Position numbers and translations under genes: made by a program. Shown here one piece after another: positions 23,693 to 34,200 of a DNA stretch of 64,000 nt. The stretch lies in the NCBI GenBank assembly GCA_937872175.1, contig CALMPI010000009.1, positions 198,343-262,342 of the forward strand, written 5' to 3'. The first letter of the stretch is position 1. Each line of letters starts with the position of its first letter. A model generated the notes under the pieces. It was not told the origin of the DNA. It did no database searches and saw only the letters and a list, made by a program, of their open reading frames with translations. The stretch is from an uncultured Flavobacteriales bacterium (GTDB lineage Bacteria > Bacteroidota > Bacteroidia > Flavobacteriales_F > PHOS-HE28).

Positions 23693-26188
23693 TCACCGCA
23701 CGATCGTGCAGCGCCCGACCCCGCGTTCAAGCCCCTGCGGTCCCACAACGGTCACCTGAACGGTCTGTGCCGGCAGGTCCTCCACGGAAACGTGGGTGAA
23801 CGGTTGCACGAGGGCGGCTTCACGGAGGAGGCGACCGGCTTGGTCGCGCAGCCGGACCACGGTTCCGCGGGGCGGATCGCCGGGCCAGGCGATCGTCAGC
23901 TGCTCCGAGGTGGGATCCGGCCAGGTGCGGACGCCCGGTATGCCCGGGACCGGAGGCAGACCCACCGCGCTGGTCCGGCGCGCCAGGGTGTAGTCACCGG
24001 GTTGCAGGCCTTCGGCCTCGATGCGACCGGTGCGGTCCGTGGGGCTGTTCAGGGTGGTGCGGGTCTGCTGCGGCCAGGGGCTCCAGGGGAAGTGGGCGTT
24101 GGGCCGGTGAAGCAGCAGCACGCTGTCCTCGTGGAAGGGCAGGCCAGGCAGGTCCGCCATCAGGCCCACATCCAGGCCCCCGGCGCTGTTGGCACGCCCA
24201 TCGTAGGTGATGCGGGCGCGGATCTGTGTGCCGGTGGGAAAGCTGCCATGCACACGCCACCACCGGTCCGGTGACAGCATGTAGAGGAAGGGAGGGTCCG
24301 TCCATGCATCGGCCGCGGTCCAGTATTGCTCCACCCGCAGCGGGGTGGGGGTGGGGATGCTCTGGGCGATGAGCATCACGTCGGCCTGCTGGAGGTTCAC
24401 CGTGCCCGGCCCGTTCAGCGTGTCCTCCACGGCGGTGACGGCCTGGCTGATGCGGTCGTCGGCGTTGAGCAGGACGTCCACCGGAGCGAACGGCGCGTCC
24501 ACGGTGAAGGTGGTCTGCGCACCGCCCAAGGGTATGGGATCGCCCGGGCTCCAGCGATCGCCCGTCGCGCTCACGAAGGTCACCGACATGGGCACATCGG
24601 AATAGAGGTGTTGCGCGGCCCGGAGCTTCTGTTCGACATGCACCGTGGTGCTGAACACAGCGCCCTGCGGCACCACGGCGAAGGAGTCCACTTCGAAGCC
24701 GGCCCATCCGGGTTGCAGGATCCAGTCGTCGAAAAAGGCCGTGAGGTCCTGCCCGGTGGCGGCGGAGAGGTGGTCGCGCAACTGCGTCGTGGTCACGGGC
24801 TGAAAGGCGTAGGTGTCCAGAAAGCTCGTGAGCCCGCTGCAGAAGGCCGCATCGCCGAGGTAGCTGCGGAGCGTGTGCAGCACGTCGGCGCCCTTGTTGT
24901 AGCTGTGCTCGCCGTAGGTCCATTCCTGCGGCACCTCCGAAAGGGCGTAGTGTTCGCCACCGTCCTCCCAATGACAGCGGCGCAACATGGCGTAGTGGTT
25001 GGCGCGCACGGTGTTCCGGTAGCGTCCCGGCCCATGCACCGCTTCCAGGAAGAGATAGCTGAGGTACTCGGCGAAGCCCTCGTTGATGTACATCTCCTCG
25101 GCCCGTGCGCACGTGACCAGGTCGCCGAACCATTGGTGGGCCAGTTCATGGGCCATGGTGGCCTCGTATTGGGTGGAGCCGTCGGCGATGAAGTCGGGGT
25201 AGGTGATGTTGGTGCTGTGCTCCATGGCACCGCGGCTGGCCAGGTGATATCCGATCCGGTTCCATCGGTAGGCGCCGAAGCAGCTCTCGAACCGATCGAA
25301 GGCGTTCTGAAGGTGCACGAAGGAGGCGCGGAGCTGGGCGGTGTCCGCGGGGAGGGCCACGAGGTCCACCGGCACGGTGTCACCGTCGATGCTCGTGAAG
25401 GCCAGGTGGACATTGCGGTAGTTGCCGGCGGCCACCGAGGCCAGGTAGCCCGGGATCGGCTCCAGCAGTTCCCATTCGGTGAGGAGGGTGTCACCGCCGA
25501 GCGGGGTGGTGCCCAGCAGGCGGCCGTTGCACCATGCGCTTCGTGGCCCGTTGGTGGTGATGTGGAAGCTGAAGGAGGAGCGCTCCACGAAGTTGTCGAA
25601 GCAAGGGAACCAGCTGCGGCCGTAGCTGTGGGGTTGGCTGGTGAAGGCCACGCCCAGGTTGTAGAGGTATTGGCTCTCCAGATAGAAGCCTCCGAAGTTG
25701 CTGGGGTCGGTGGCGGGTTCGCCCTGATAGTGCACGGCGATCTCCACTTCATCCCCGGGGCCGTAGGGCTGGCCGAGGTCCACGAGCAGGGTTCCGCCGC
25801 TGTGGATGAACCCCAGGCCAAGGCCGTTGGCGTCCCGCACCGAATCGACCGTCAGGTCGATCAGGTCCAGGCGGATGGCGTCCACACCGGGCACGAGCGG
25901 AGCGAAGCGCAGCACGGTGCGGGCCGAGATGCGATCGTTCGCCCATGCGGTGAGGTCGAGGTGGATGGCGGTATGGAGGATGTCGATGCTGTCGCTGCGC
26001 TGGTCCTGCAGACCGCTGCGGTGCGGGGAGGCGTCACCTGGTCGTTTGGCCTCCAGGCACGTGGTCTGTGCGGTCGCGGAGGAGAGGGCGATGAGGCTGG
26101 CGATCAGGGGCGGCAGGCGCATGGGCGGGAGGTGCGAACGAAGGGTCGGGCTGGTCTGTTCCATCCTCGGTGCAGGGGCCTTCGTCAC
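23693..26188 (-). CDS. Secreted M1-family zinc aminopeptidase (aminopeptidase N-like) with a probable T9SS type-A C-terminal sorting domain
   Basis: GAMEH plus HELAHQWFG-x18-E gluzincin motifs. A signal peptide (MRLPPLIASLIALSSATAQ) begins at an internal Met near 26122; the track start at 26188 is a non-ATG codon. The ~80-aa C-terminus (…LTIAWPGDPPRGTVVRLRDQAGRLL…VTVVGPQG…) resembles a Por secretion tail. Confidence 0.8.
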   Translation of the reverse strand: MTKAPAPRMEQTSPTLRSHLPPMRLPPLIASLIALSSATAQTTCLEAKRPGDASPHRSGLQDQRSDSIDILHTAIHLDLTAWANDRISARTVLRFAPLVPGVDAIRLDLIDLTVDSVRDANGLGLGFIHSGGTLLVDLGQPYGPGDEVEIAVHYQGEPATDPSNFGGFYLESQYLYNLGVAFTSQPHSYGRSWFPCFDNFVERSSFSFHITTNGPRSAWCNGRLLGTTPLGGDTLLTEWELLEPIPGYLASVAAGNYRNVHLAFTSIDGDTVPVDLVALPADTAQLRASFVHLQNAFDRFESCFGAYRWNRIGYHLASRGAMEHSTNITYPDFIADGSTQYEATMAHELAHQWFGDLVTCARAEEMYINEGFAEYLSYLFLEAVHGPGRYRNTVRANHYAMLRRCHWEDGGEHYALSEVPQEWTYGEHSYNKGADVLHTLRSYLGDAAFCSGLTSFLDTYAFQPVTTTQLRDHLSAATGQDLTAFFDDWILQPGWAGFEVDSFAVVPQGAVFSTTVHVEQKLRAAQHLYSDVPMSVTFVSATGDRWSPGDPIPLGGAQTTFTVDAPFAPVDVLLNADDRISQAVTAVEDTLNGPGTVNLQQADVMLIAQSIPTPTPLRVEQYWTAADAWTDPPFLYMLSPDRWWRVHGSFPTGTQIRARITYDGRANSAGGLDVGLMADLPGLPFHEDSVLLLHRPNAHFPWSPWPQQTRTTLNSPTDRTGRIEAEGLQPGDYTLARRTSAVGLPPVPGIPGVRTWPDPTSEQLTIAWPGDPPRGTVVRLRDQAGRLLREAALVQPFTHVSVEDLPAQTVQVTVVGPQGLERGVGRCTIVR

Positions 26189-26286
26189 CGCCCAAAGCTA
26201 ACCGGGCGAAAGCGGACGTTCGCATGACCAATGGTGGCTGACGGGATCCCTACATTTGAGAATCATCCTTGTGATCCCACGGACGT

Positions 26287-27831
26287 ATGAAGCCGAGCAC
26301 CGAACTGCATGACCTGGTCCGCTCCCTCACCAAGAGCGAGAAGCGCTTCTTCAAGCTGCACAGCACCCTGCAGTCGGGCGACAAGAACTACCTGCGGATC
26401 TTCGATGCGGTGGACAAGCAGCGCACCTACGATGAGGATGCGCTCAAGCGGCAGTTCGCCAAGGAGACCTTCATCCGTCATTTCCCCTCGGAGAAGAACC
26501 ATCTGTACAAGCTGATCCTGAAGGCCCTCCGCGCCTATCACGCGGAGAGCACCATCAGCGGGATCCTGAAGCAGGAGATCAAGAACATCGAGATCCTCTA
26601 CGACAAGGCGCTGTACAAGGAGTGCAACAAGCTGCTGCACCGGGCCAAGCGGATCGCGCGGGAGAACGAGAAGTTCTACTACCTCTTCGAGCTGCTCAAC
26701 TGGGAGAAGATGCTCCTGGAGGAGGCCTATGAGAGCGGGGAGTTCACCAAGGACCTGGATGCCTTGATCGCCGAGGAGAGCGAGGTGTTGGAGAAGCTGC
26801 GGAACCTGGCGGCCTATCACATCCTGTACAGCAAGATCAACTACGTGTTCCGAAGTGGCGGGTACGTGCGCAGCGAGGAGGAGCACGCCATGGTGGAGGA
26901 GATCGCCCAGCATCCCTTGATCGTGGGGAAGAACACGGCGTTGAGCCATCGGGCGGCCACCATCTGTTACTACACCCAGGGGTTCTGTGCCTGGGCCAAG
27001 CGCGATTGGCGGACCAGCCTCGCCAAGTTCCTTCGGGTGAAGGAGATCCTGGACCGGGAGAAGGCCCTGCGGGCCGACCTGGCCAAGCGATACATCCGCA
27101 CCCTGCACTACATCATCAACGCGCAGATCGAGCTTGGCGAGTTCAAGGGTGCACGGGAGCACATCAAGCTCATGCGGGCCATGACGGACGAGCCGGCCTT
27201 CGGGGGCATCCAGATCGCCGTGCAGGTCTTCAACGCCAGCTACCTGAGCGAACTGCGGTTGCTGGACCGGATGGGCGAACATGACAAGGCGCTGGAACTG
27301 GTTCCGGCCGTGCTGTCGGGCCTTGAGGAGGAGGGGCCGAGGCTGCACAAGGAGCAGGAGCTGGAGTTCTGGTGGGCCCTGAGCTGCGCGTATTTCGGTG
27401 CCGGCGAGATGAACAAGGCGCTGTTCTGGCTGAACAAGCTGCTGAACGACACCGAACCCACCCTTCGCCAGGACCTCTTCACCTACGCGCGGCTGTTCAA
27501 CCTGGTGGTGCACTATGAGCTGGGCAATTTCGACCTGCTCGAGTACATCGTTCGCAGCACGCACCGGTTCCTCAGCAAGCGACAGCGGGCGAATGAGACG
27601 GAGACGGTCCTGATCGACCACGTGAAGCGGCTGGCGCGCGCCACGCAACCGGGGGCCCGCCGTGATCTTCATCGGAGCCTGCACGAGCGGCTCAACGAAC
27701 TGATGGAGGATCCACAGGAGCGACTGGCCTTGAACTACTTCGATTTCATGGCCTGGAGCCTGTCCAAGGTGGAGGGCATCACGTACAGCGAGGCGGTGCG
27801 GCGGGGAAAGCGAACAGGTGTCCGGGCCTGA
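26287..27831 (+). CDS. Hypothetical protein (514 aa), predicted all-alpha with helical-repeat-like organisation; function unknown
   Basis: Clean ORF with native codon usage (high GC3). It is charged and helical with no signal peptide. The antisense 473-aa ORF was rejected because it is Leu/Gln/Val-rich and low in complexity. Confidence 0.7.
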   Translation: MKPSTELHDLVRSLTKSEKRFFKLHSTLQSGDKNYLRIFDAVDKQRTYDEDALKRQFAKETFIRHFPSEKNHLYKLILKALRAYHAESTISGILKQEIKNIEILYDKALYKECNKLLHRAKRIARENEKFYYLFELLNWEKMLLEEAYESGEFTKDLDALIAEESEVLEKLRNLAAYHILYSKINYVFRSGGYVRSEEEHAMVEEIAQHPLIVGKNTALSHRAATICYYTQGFCAWAKRDWRTSLAKFLRVKEILDREKALRADLAKRYIRTLHYIINAQIELGEFKGAREHIKLMRAMTDEPAFGGIQIAVQVFNASYLSELRLLDRMGEHDKALELVPAVLSGLEEEGPRLHKEQELEFWWALSCAYFGAGEMNKALFWLNKLLNDTEPTLRQDLFTYARLFNLVVHYELGNFDLLEYIVRSTHRFLSKRQRANETETVLIDHVKRLARATQPGARRDLHRSLHERLNELMEDPQERLALNYFDFMAWSLSKVEGITYSEAVRRGKRTGVRA

Positions 27832-27867
27832 TCGGGAAGAGCGGTCATCCGAGGAGCTTCCTCATCA

Positions 27868-28395
27868 TCACTGACCGTTGGCGCCTTGTGCGGCGCGCCG
27901 CAGCTCGTTCCAGTACCGGTGATGGATGCGCCGTGCGAGGTCCAGCAGATCGTCCGCACCGATGCGTGCACCATGCAGTTGGATGGGCCGCTTCTCCTCG
28001 AACACACGCCCTTCGTCATCCACCGTATACACCCCGGCATAGGGCGGCAGCGCGATGGGCTGCGGCTTCCGGTACACGTCGCAGGGCATGGCGAAGCAGA
28101 AGTAGTTGGGGCGTCCGCAGGCGACCTCGCCGCGTGCGTGCCGATCCAGTTCACGGGCTTCGGAAGGAGTGGGGCGCACGCCTTCCGACTTTTGCGGAAA
28201 GGCCCCGTTCAGCAAGATGCCCCGGCTGTGCTTGGGCTTCAACAGGTCGTTGCGCAGGTCGTTGCGGCTCACCTTGATCTCCACCTCGCACACGAACCCT
28301 TCACGGGTAACGGTCAGCAGATCGCTCTCCCAGGCGTAGTAGGTCACGTTGGGCGTGATCCATTGGTGCCCCAGGCCATGGGCGAACAGGCGCAT
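27868..28395 (-). CDS. Hypothetical protein (~175 aa) with a PD-(D/E)xK-like motif (WESD…EVEIK); possibly MmcB-like
   Basis: An internal Met (MRLFAHGLGHQWITPNVTYYAWESDLLTVTREGFVCEVEIKVSRNDL…) was chosen. The upstream 150 aa of the 327-aa track ORF are Pro/Arg-rich and overlap the divergent cyclase gene. Confidence 0.55.
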   Translation of the reverse strand: MRLFAHGLGHQWITPNVTYYAWESDLLTVTREGFVCEVEIKVSRNDLRNDLLKPKHSRGILLNGAFPQKSEGVRPTPSEARELDRHARGEVACGRPNYFCFAMPCDVYRKPQPIALPPYAGVYTVDDEGRVFEEKRPIQLHGARIGADDLLDLARRIHHRYWNELRRAAQGANGQ

Positions 28396-28478
28396 GTGCC
28401 AGGCGATGTCGGTGGCGGTCAGCACGTGCACAAGGCTACGAAGCCATCCGGTTGCGCGGGGCCCCCTACCTTTTCGCC

Positions 28479-30566
28479 ATGCCCGGCAAGCACATCCTAC
28501 TGTGCCTCGCACTTTCCTGGGCCCAGGTCCCCCTTGGGGCACAACCTGTGGATGTGGTCGTGGACGAGGTGGACACCCTGATCCGAGCGGCCGAGGTCGT
28601 GTCCTTGCGTGAGCTGCGCGAGCTGCGGACGGAGGTGCCCGGGGTGGGCCATGAGGTGCCGGGCATGGACCTGATGGAGGAGTGCTCTCCGGTGCACACC
28701 GCGTTGGATGATGCGTCGAACGCCCTGCGCGATCTTGAGGACAGCACTTGGGCCGCTGTGTCCCGCGTGGAACGTGATGACCTGCGTTCCATGACCGGTG
28801 TGCACTGGGTGCGCCTTCACCTCGTCGCACGTCCTGAGCTGAAGGGCGCATCCCTACTTCTGCGCGTGGTCTCCAGGGTCCCGTTCGAGGTGTTCGTCAA
28901 CGGCGTGCGGACGGGCGCGATCGATGAGCTGCCGCGGTCGAGCATCGGTTCCTTGATGCCACGCTCGGACTCGGTGCCCGTGGTGGAGGTGCCGGTGCGT
29001 TTCGCGGCCGATGGTGAAGTGGAGGTGATCGCGCTGCGCCTGACGGGAACACCGGGAGACGCCCTTCAGCAACTCGGCTTGCGCGTCACCCTGCACGCGG
29101 CGGACCGGGCGTATGCCGTGCAACGGACGACCTTCCACTACGGCATCTTCATCGGCATCAATGCGATCATCCTCCTCCTGTCCCTGTTCATCTGGGCGGA
29201 CGACCGGCGGGATCGGGGCTGGGGCCTGCTGGCCCTGCTGTCGCTGGCCTCGGTGCTGGACACGGTGGCCGAGGTCGGAGGGGAGCAACGCCTGCTGGGG
29301 CTTCAGGATGGCACTGCGGACATGCTCGATGCGATGGCCACCGTGCTTGTTCCCTGGCCCCTCTTCCTGTTGATCATGGTCCTGCGTCATCTGCGCGGCG
29401 ACGCGGACGCTCGGGGATCGCGCCGGTTCACCTGGATGGTGATGGCCATGACGGTGACCCTGCTGGCCTTTGTGGCCGCGGTGCAGGGCGGTCTGGCCGA
29501 CACCACGAACGGCCTCAGCTTCACCAACACAAGCATCCCCCTGGTGGTCGGCGCTCTTCTTGGAGGGCTCGTCATGGCCGTCGGCATGGTTTGGTTCACC
29601 ATCGAGGTGGTGCGATCAGGGGTCCGGCTGCTGAGGTCCGGAGGTTATGAACGCTGGGTGGGTGCCGGCGCGGTGGCCTCGTTGCTGCTCACGCTCGTGC
29701 TGCAGATGGGCAGTGAGTTCACCGGCATGGCGTTGAGCGGTTGGTTGTCCACCCTGGCGGATTATTGCGCGTACGTGGCCGTCCCCGTGAGCGTCGCGGT
29801 CTATCTCGGCATCCGGTCGGCGCACCACAACCGCCTGGTGGCCCGTCAGCGCGATGAGCTGGATGCGGAGGTGAAGGAGCGCACGGCCGAGCTTCGCACC
29901 GAGAAGGAACGGTCCGACGCGTTGCTGCTCAACATCCTGCCCGCCGAGGTGGCCGAGGAATTGAAGGCGAAGGGCGCCGCGGACGCCCGCCACTTCGACA
30001 GGGCCACGGTGCTGTTCACGGACTTCCGGGGGTTCACGCAGCTCAGTGAGCGGGTGGGGCCGGCCGAGCTGGTGGCGGAGCTCAACGCGTGCTTCAAGGC
30101 CTTCGACGCCATCATGGAACGGCACCGTGTGGAGAAGATCAAGACCATCGGTGATGCATACATGGCCGCCGGCGGCCTGCCCGATCCGGCGCACGGCTCA
30201 CCGGCCGATGTGGTGCATGCGGCACTGGAGATGCAGGAGTTCATGGTGCGGCACAAGGCCGATCGGGAAGCGCAGGGCCGGCCGTGGTTCGAGATGCGTG
30301 TGGGGATCCACAGCGGCCCGGTGGTCGCCGGCATCGTGGGGGTGAAGAAGTTCCAGTACGACATCTGGGGCGATACGGTGAACACGGCTGCGCGCATGGA
30401 GAGCAGCGGCGAGGTGGGCCGGGTGAACATCAGCGGGGCGACCCATGCCCTGCTGAAGGAGGTGCCGGGCCTGGTCTTCACCCCGCGCGGAAAGGTGCAG
30501 GCCAAGGGCAAGGGCGAGCTGGAGATGTATTTCGTGCACCGCAGTGCCGACGCGATCTCAGCCTGA
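28479..30566 (+). CDS. Membrane receptor-type class III adenylate cyclase: signal peptide, periplasmic sensor domain (7TMR-DISMED2-like), 7TM region (7TMR-DISM-like), coiled-coil, cytoplasmic cyclase homology domain
   Basis: Seven hydrophobic helices lie between about aa 230 and 480. The catalytic domain reads ATVLFTDFRGFTQL…KIKTIGDAYMAAGG…RVGIHSGPVVAGIVG…YDIWGDTVNTAARMES. The Lys and Asp specificity residues indicate ATP as substrate. The start was taken at the Met of MPGKHILLCLALSWAQ. Confidence 0.85.
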   Translation: MPGKHILLCLALSWAQVPLGAQPVDVVVDEVDTLIRAAEVVSLRELRELRTEVPGVGHEVPGMDLMEECSPVHTALDDASNALRDLEDSTWAAVSRVERDDLRSMTGVHWVRLHLVARPELKGASLLLRVVSRVPFEVFVNGVRTGAIDELPRSSIGSLMPRSDSVPVVEVPVRFAADGEVEVIALRLTGTPGDALQQLGLRVTLHAADRAYAVQRTTFHYGIFIGINAIILLLSLFIWADDRRDRGWGLLALLSLASVLDTVAEVGGEQRLLGLQDGTADMLDAMATVLVPWPLFLLIMVLRHLRGDADARGSRRFTWMVMAMTVTLLAFVAAVQGGLADTTNGLSFTNTSIPLVVGALLGGLVMAVGMVWFTIEVVRSGVRLLRSGGYERWVGAGAVASLLLTLVLQMGSEFTGMALSGWLSTLADYCAYVAVPVSVAVYLGIRSAHHNRLVARQRDELDAEVKERTAELRTEKERSDALLLNILPAEVAEELKAKGAADARHFDRATVLFTDFRGFTQLSERVGPAELVAELNACFKAFDAIMERHRVEKIKTIGDAYMAAGGLPDPAHGSPADVVHAALEMQEFMVRHKADREAQGRPWFEMRVGIHSGPVVAGIVGVKKFQYDIWGDTVNTAARMESSGEVGRVNISGATHALLKEVPGLVFTPRGKVQAKGKGELEMYFVHRSADAISA

Positions 30567-30596
30567 GGGCAGGCGGGATCGGGAGGGGCGATCGTG

Positions 30597-31238
30597 CTAC
30601 ACCAGGCCCTCCCGCAATGCCACGCTGATCGCACCGGCCATGCCCTTCACCTGAAGCTTCTCGTAGATGTGGCTCACGTGCGTGTTCACCGTGGCATACG
30701 AGATGCCGCAACGGTCGGCGATCATCTTGTAACTGTACCCGTCCACCAGGTAGCGCAGGATCTCCAGCTCGCGCTCGGTGAGGTTGAAGTCGACGGACCT
30801 CAGGGCGACATTGCCGCGTTGTGCGAACAGCTGCAGCACCTTGGCGGCCACCACCGGGGTCATCGGAGCGCCACCCTGGGCCACTTCGATGATGCCATCG
30901 ATCAGCTTGGTCGGCGTGGTCTGCTTCAAGAGGTAACCGTTCGCTCCGGCGAGGATGGCATGGAAGATCTTGTCATTGTCCTCGAAGACCGTCTGCATCA
31001 GGATCTTCACATCCTTGAACTGTTTTCGGATGAGCGACACGCCGGTGATCCCGTCCACGTGCGGCATGTCGATGTCCATGAGCACGACGTCGGGGTCGGT
31101 CTCCGCGATGTGGCGGACCACCTGACGGCAGTCGGGCCAACTGCCCGCGAAGGTCAAGCCCTCCGTGGAGTCGATGAGCAGCCGAAGCCCGTCGCGTCGT
31201 TTGGCATTGTCATCGAAAATGGCCACACGAAGGTCCAT
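30597..31238 (-). CDS. Two-component response regulator, NarL/LuxR family (REC + LuxR-type HTH)
   Basis: The phospho-acceptor region VVLMDIDMP and a C-terminal LuxR HTH (LTERELEILRYLVDGYSYKMIADRCGISYATVNTHVSHIYEKL) are present. Confidence 0.9.
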   Translation of the reverse strand: MDLRVAIFDDNAKRRDGLRLLIDSTEGLTFAGSWPDCRQVVRHIAETDPDVVLMDIDMPHVDGITGVSLIRKQFKDVKILMQTVFEDNDKIFHAILAGANGYLLKQTTPTKLIDGIIEVAQGGAPMTPVVAAKVLQLFAQRGNVALRSVDFNLTERELEILRYLVDGYSYKMIADRCGISYATVNTHVSHIYEKLQVKGMAGAISVALREGLV

Positions 31239-31247
31239 GACGCGAAG

Positions 31248-34200
31248 CTATCCGACCGGCTGGCCATCCTGCCTCATTGGTTCCAATGACCTTCTGCCGG
31301 AGGTCGGATCGAACCGGAGCTCCACCGTGGTGCCCTGTCCCGCTGCGGAGGTGATGGTCAGGGTCCCGGGCAGTTCGGCGGCGCGCTGGCGCATGTTGAT
31401 CAGCCCGTTCCCCCCTCCGGGGCTGTGGCCGTTCGAGCCCGGGTCGAACCCGACCCCGTCATCGTTCACGCGCAAGACGATGCATCGGCCATCGCGGGAC
31501 AGCTCGATCCGCAGGTGCGCGCAGCCGGAATACTTCACGGCGTTGTTCACCGCCTCCTTGAAGATGAGATACAGGTTCTTGCGCTGGGCCATGCCCAGGC
31601 GCCAGGTCTTCAGGTCCTCCTCTGCCTGGAAGGACAGGACGCACTCCCGCGCTTCGGTCACGCCCACGGCAAAGGCCATCATGCGCTTGACCACGCTGGC
31701 CATATCGTCGTTGTCCGCGTTCACGGCCCACACGATATCGTTCATCACCTCCATCACCTGTGTGGTGCTCTCCGTGATGCGACCGAGGAGATCGCTGGCT
31801 TCGGGTGCCCTGCCCCCCACCTTGCGTTGTGCCACGGTGCTCAGCAGGGATACGCTGCTCAGTGTGGACCCGATCTCGTCGTGCAGGTCCCGTGCGATGC
31901 GCTCACGCACATGGACCACTTCCACGGCGCGGTCCAGGCGATAGCGGTAGATCGAATACACAGCGGCGAGCGCAGCGAGCGCCGTTGCGATCCGGAACCA
32001 CCATGTCCCCCACCACGGAGCATCGATCTCCACCCTGAGGCTGGCCCCGTCACGGTCCCACACCCCCTTGCTGTTCCGTCCCTGGACCTGGAACGTGTAC
32101 CGCCCAGGGTCGAGGTTCGTGAACGTCGCGGTGCGCTCGGTCCCTGACTCCACCCATTCGTCGCTCAGGCCGACAAGGCGGTATCGGAACGTATTGCGCA
32201 TCGGATCGGACAGGTCCATGCAGCTGAACTCGAACGTGAGCATGCGTTCGTCATACGGGAGAGCGATGGATGATGAAAGGTGGACGGGTCGGTCGAGGAC
32301 ATCCGGATGGCTTGCCTCGCTCACGCGCTTGTTCATCAATCGAAGGCCGGAGATCAGGGTCGGTGATGGCTCTTCCGTACCATGGAACCGCTCCGGGTCG
32401 AACCAGGTGATGCCCTCCATGCCGCCGAAGAACATCAGGCCGTCAGCGCTTCGTTCGGCACTGTACCGATTGAATTCGTTGCCGGCGATCCCGTCGGACG
32501 AGGAGTAGGTCCGGGTGGTTCCGGTGCGCGGATCGAACCGGCAGAGCCCCCTGTTCGTGCTGATCCAAAGATGACCTCGGCGGTCGCTCAGAATGCCGTA
32601 GATCACATTGTTCGGCAGGCCATCGGCCATCGAGAACCGCTCACATTGCCCGGTGGTCATGTCCATCTTCGCCAATCCGCTTCCGGCCGTGCCGACCCAG
32701 ATGTAGCGCTCCGGCGCTTCAGGGTCGAGATGAAGGGCGAACACGACATTGGAGGGGAGTGACGTGGGATCCCCGGGGACCACCGTGAACCGCCGCCACT
32801 CACCGGTCGAGGGCCGCAGGGAAAGCACGCCGAGGTCCGAACCCATCCAGATCGACCCCCCCGGGGCCACCTGCCAGCTGGAGATGCCTCGACGTGTGCT
32901 TCCTTTCACTGGCGCCGGGAGCATGAAGTGGGCCAGGCGCTCTCCCGTTCGAGTGTCAAAGGCCGAGAGGGCGGTGTCCTTGTCCGTTGTTCGGTCCGCT
33001 GTGCACACCCAGATCGTGTCGCCAACACCGGGGAACAGGTTGATGAAGTAGTCGTCCGGGCCCTTGGTCATCGGGGTGACCGATCCATCCGCGGGATCAT
33101 GGCGGTACAGGTGGCGCACATTCGACGCACCGCGCCGGATGCCACAGAACCAAAAGCGACCCTGCGGGTCGCGGACGCATCGTTTCCAATCCGCCTGAAG
33201 TCCATGGTTCGCCAGTGCTTCTGCCAGCCCGGTGGACCGGAGCGGCTGCACCGTGTCGTTGAGGACCTTGAACTCGTCCGCATTGACCAGCATCCGGCCC
33301 CCCAGATCGCAACTGACGATCTCCGTGCAGCCGACCTCCCCGGTGTCGTCGCTCCATCGATGGAACCGTTCGGCCAAGGGGTCGTACTTCACCAACCCAT
33401 GGCCCGTGGTACCACACCACAGGATGCCCATGCGGTCCATGGCCCATGAGGCGAACCACGCCAGGGAGAGGATCCGGCCGTTCTCCAGGACCGGTTGCAG
33501 GAAGGTGGTGGTCCGGTCACGCAGATCCGTTCTGAACCACGAGCCCTGACCAGTGAGGCCCCAAAGCCGGTCCTTGTTGTCCAGGAACAACCGGGACTCC
33601 CTGCTCTGCATCTGTTCGATGAGGATGGTGTCCGTCGCGGAACGGTCCGCGGCATTGAAGACCACGATGCGATGGTCCCAGGAAAGCAGGATGCGGTCCG
33701 CCCCATCGTTGGTCACGAGCTCCGGGAAGAACGAATTGTCGTCGTGGGGCCAGTGGATGGGAACGGTGATGCGCTCGGTCATTCGGCCGTGGACCCAGGA
33801 TAGCACCGACAGGTGCTGCTTGCCAAGCAGCCACACGTCGCCGTTGGCCGCGATCTCCATGTCCCGGAGCCCAGCCGTGCTCACTTCCCCGTGCACGTCA
33901 CCGAGCCGCAGAAGTCGTGGAGCTCCGTTCATGGCTGCGGCATCGGCCGGGACGATGAACACGGTCCCGAAGAAGCAGTGGATCCAGATGTCGCCGCTCG
34001 GATGCTCGGCGATGTGCACGACGGTCGGAACGGTCTGGTCCTCGGCGGATACCGGGACATGCGTGAACCGGCCTGTGGCGGGGTCAAGGACATCCACGCC
34101 CTTGCTGTCCGTTCCGATCCAGATCCGCCCGCGCTTGTCCTGCATGAGACTTGTGACGTGGCTCTCGGAGATGGTCGAGCTGTCCTCGGGATCATGCCGA

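Noticed and set aside
24326-26227. 633-aa plus-strand ORF and other ORFs antisense to the M1 aminopeptidase
   Set aside because: There are no motifs, whereas the minus strand carries GAMEH/HEXXH-E zinc-peptidase signatures.
26034-26231. Possible single-base inconsistencies between my reading of the sequence and ORF-track frames near 26.2 kb and 31.2 kb
   Set aside because: This is most likely my own transcription error and not a real frameshift. Track coordinates were used wherever available, and self-derived coordinates are flagged as approximate.
26263-27684. 473-aa minus-strand ORF overlapping the 514-aa hypothetical gene
   Set aside because: Leu/Gln/Val-rich with repetitive composition. 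The plus-strand frame has balanced composition and high GC3 typical of real genes here.
22697-28400. Possible mobile element or genomic island around the Fic, peptidase and hypothetical genes
   Set aside because: No integrase, transposase, flanking direct repeats or tRNA were found, and GC and codon usage do not differ from the neighbouring core genes.
27868-28851. Full 327-aa version of the minus-strand ORF
   Set aside because: The N-terminal 150 aa are Pro/Arg/Gly-rich and run through the promoter and 5' end of the divergent adenylate cyclase gene. The internal Met at about 28395 was used instead.
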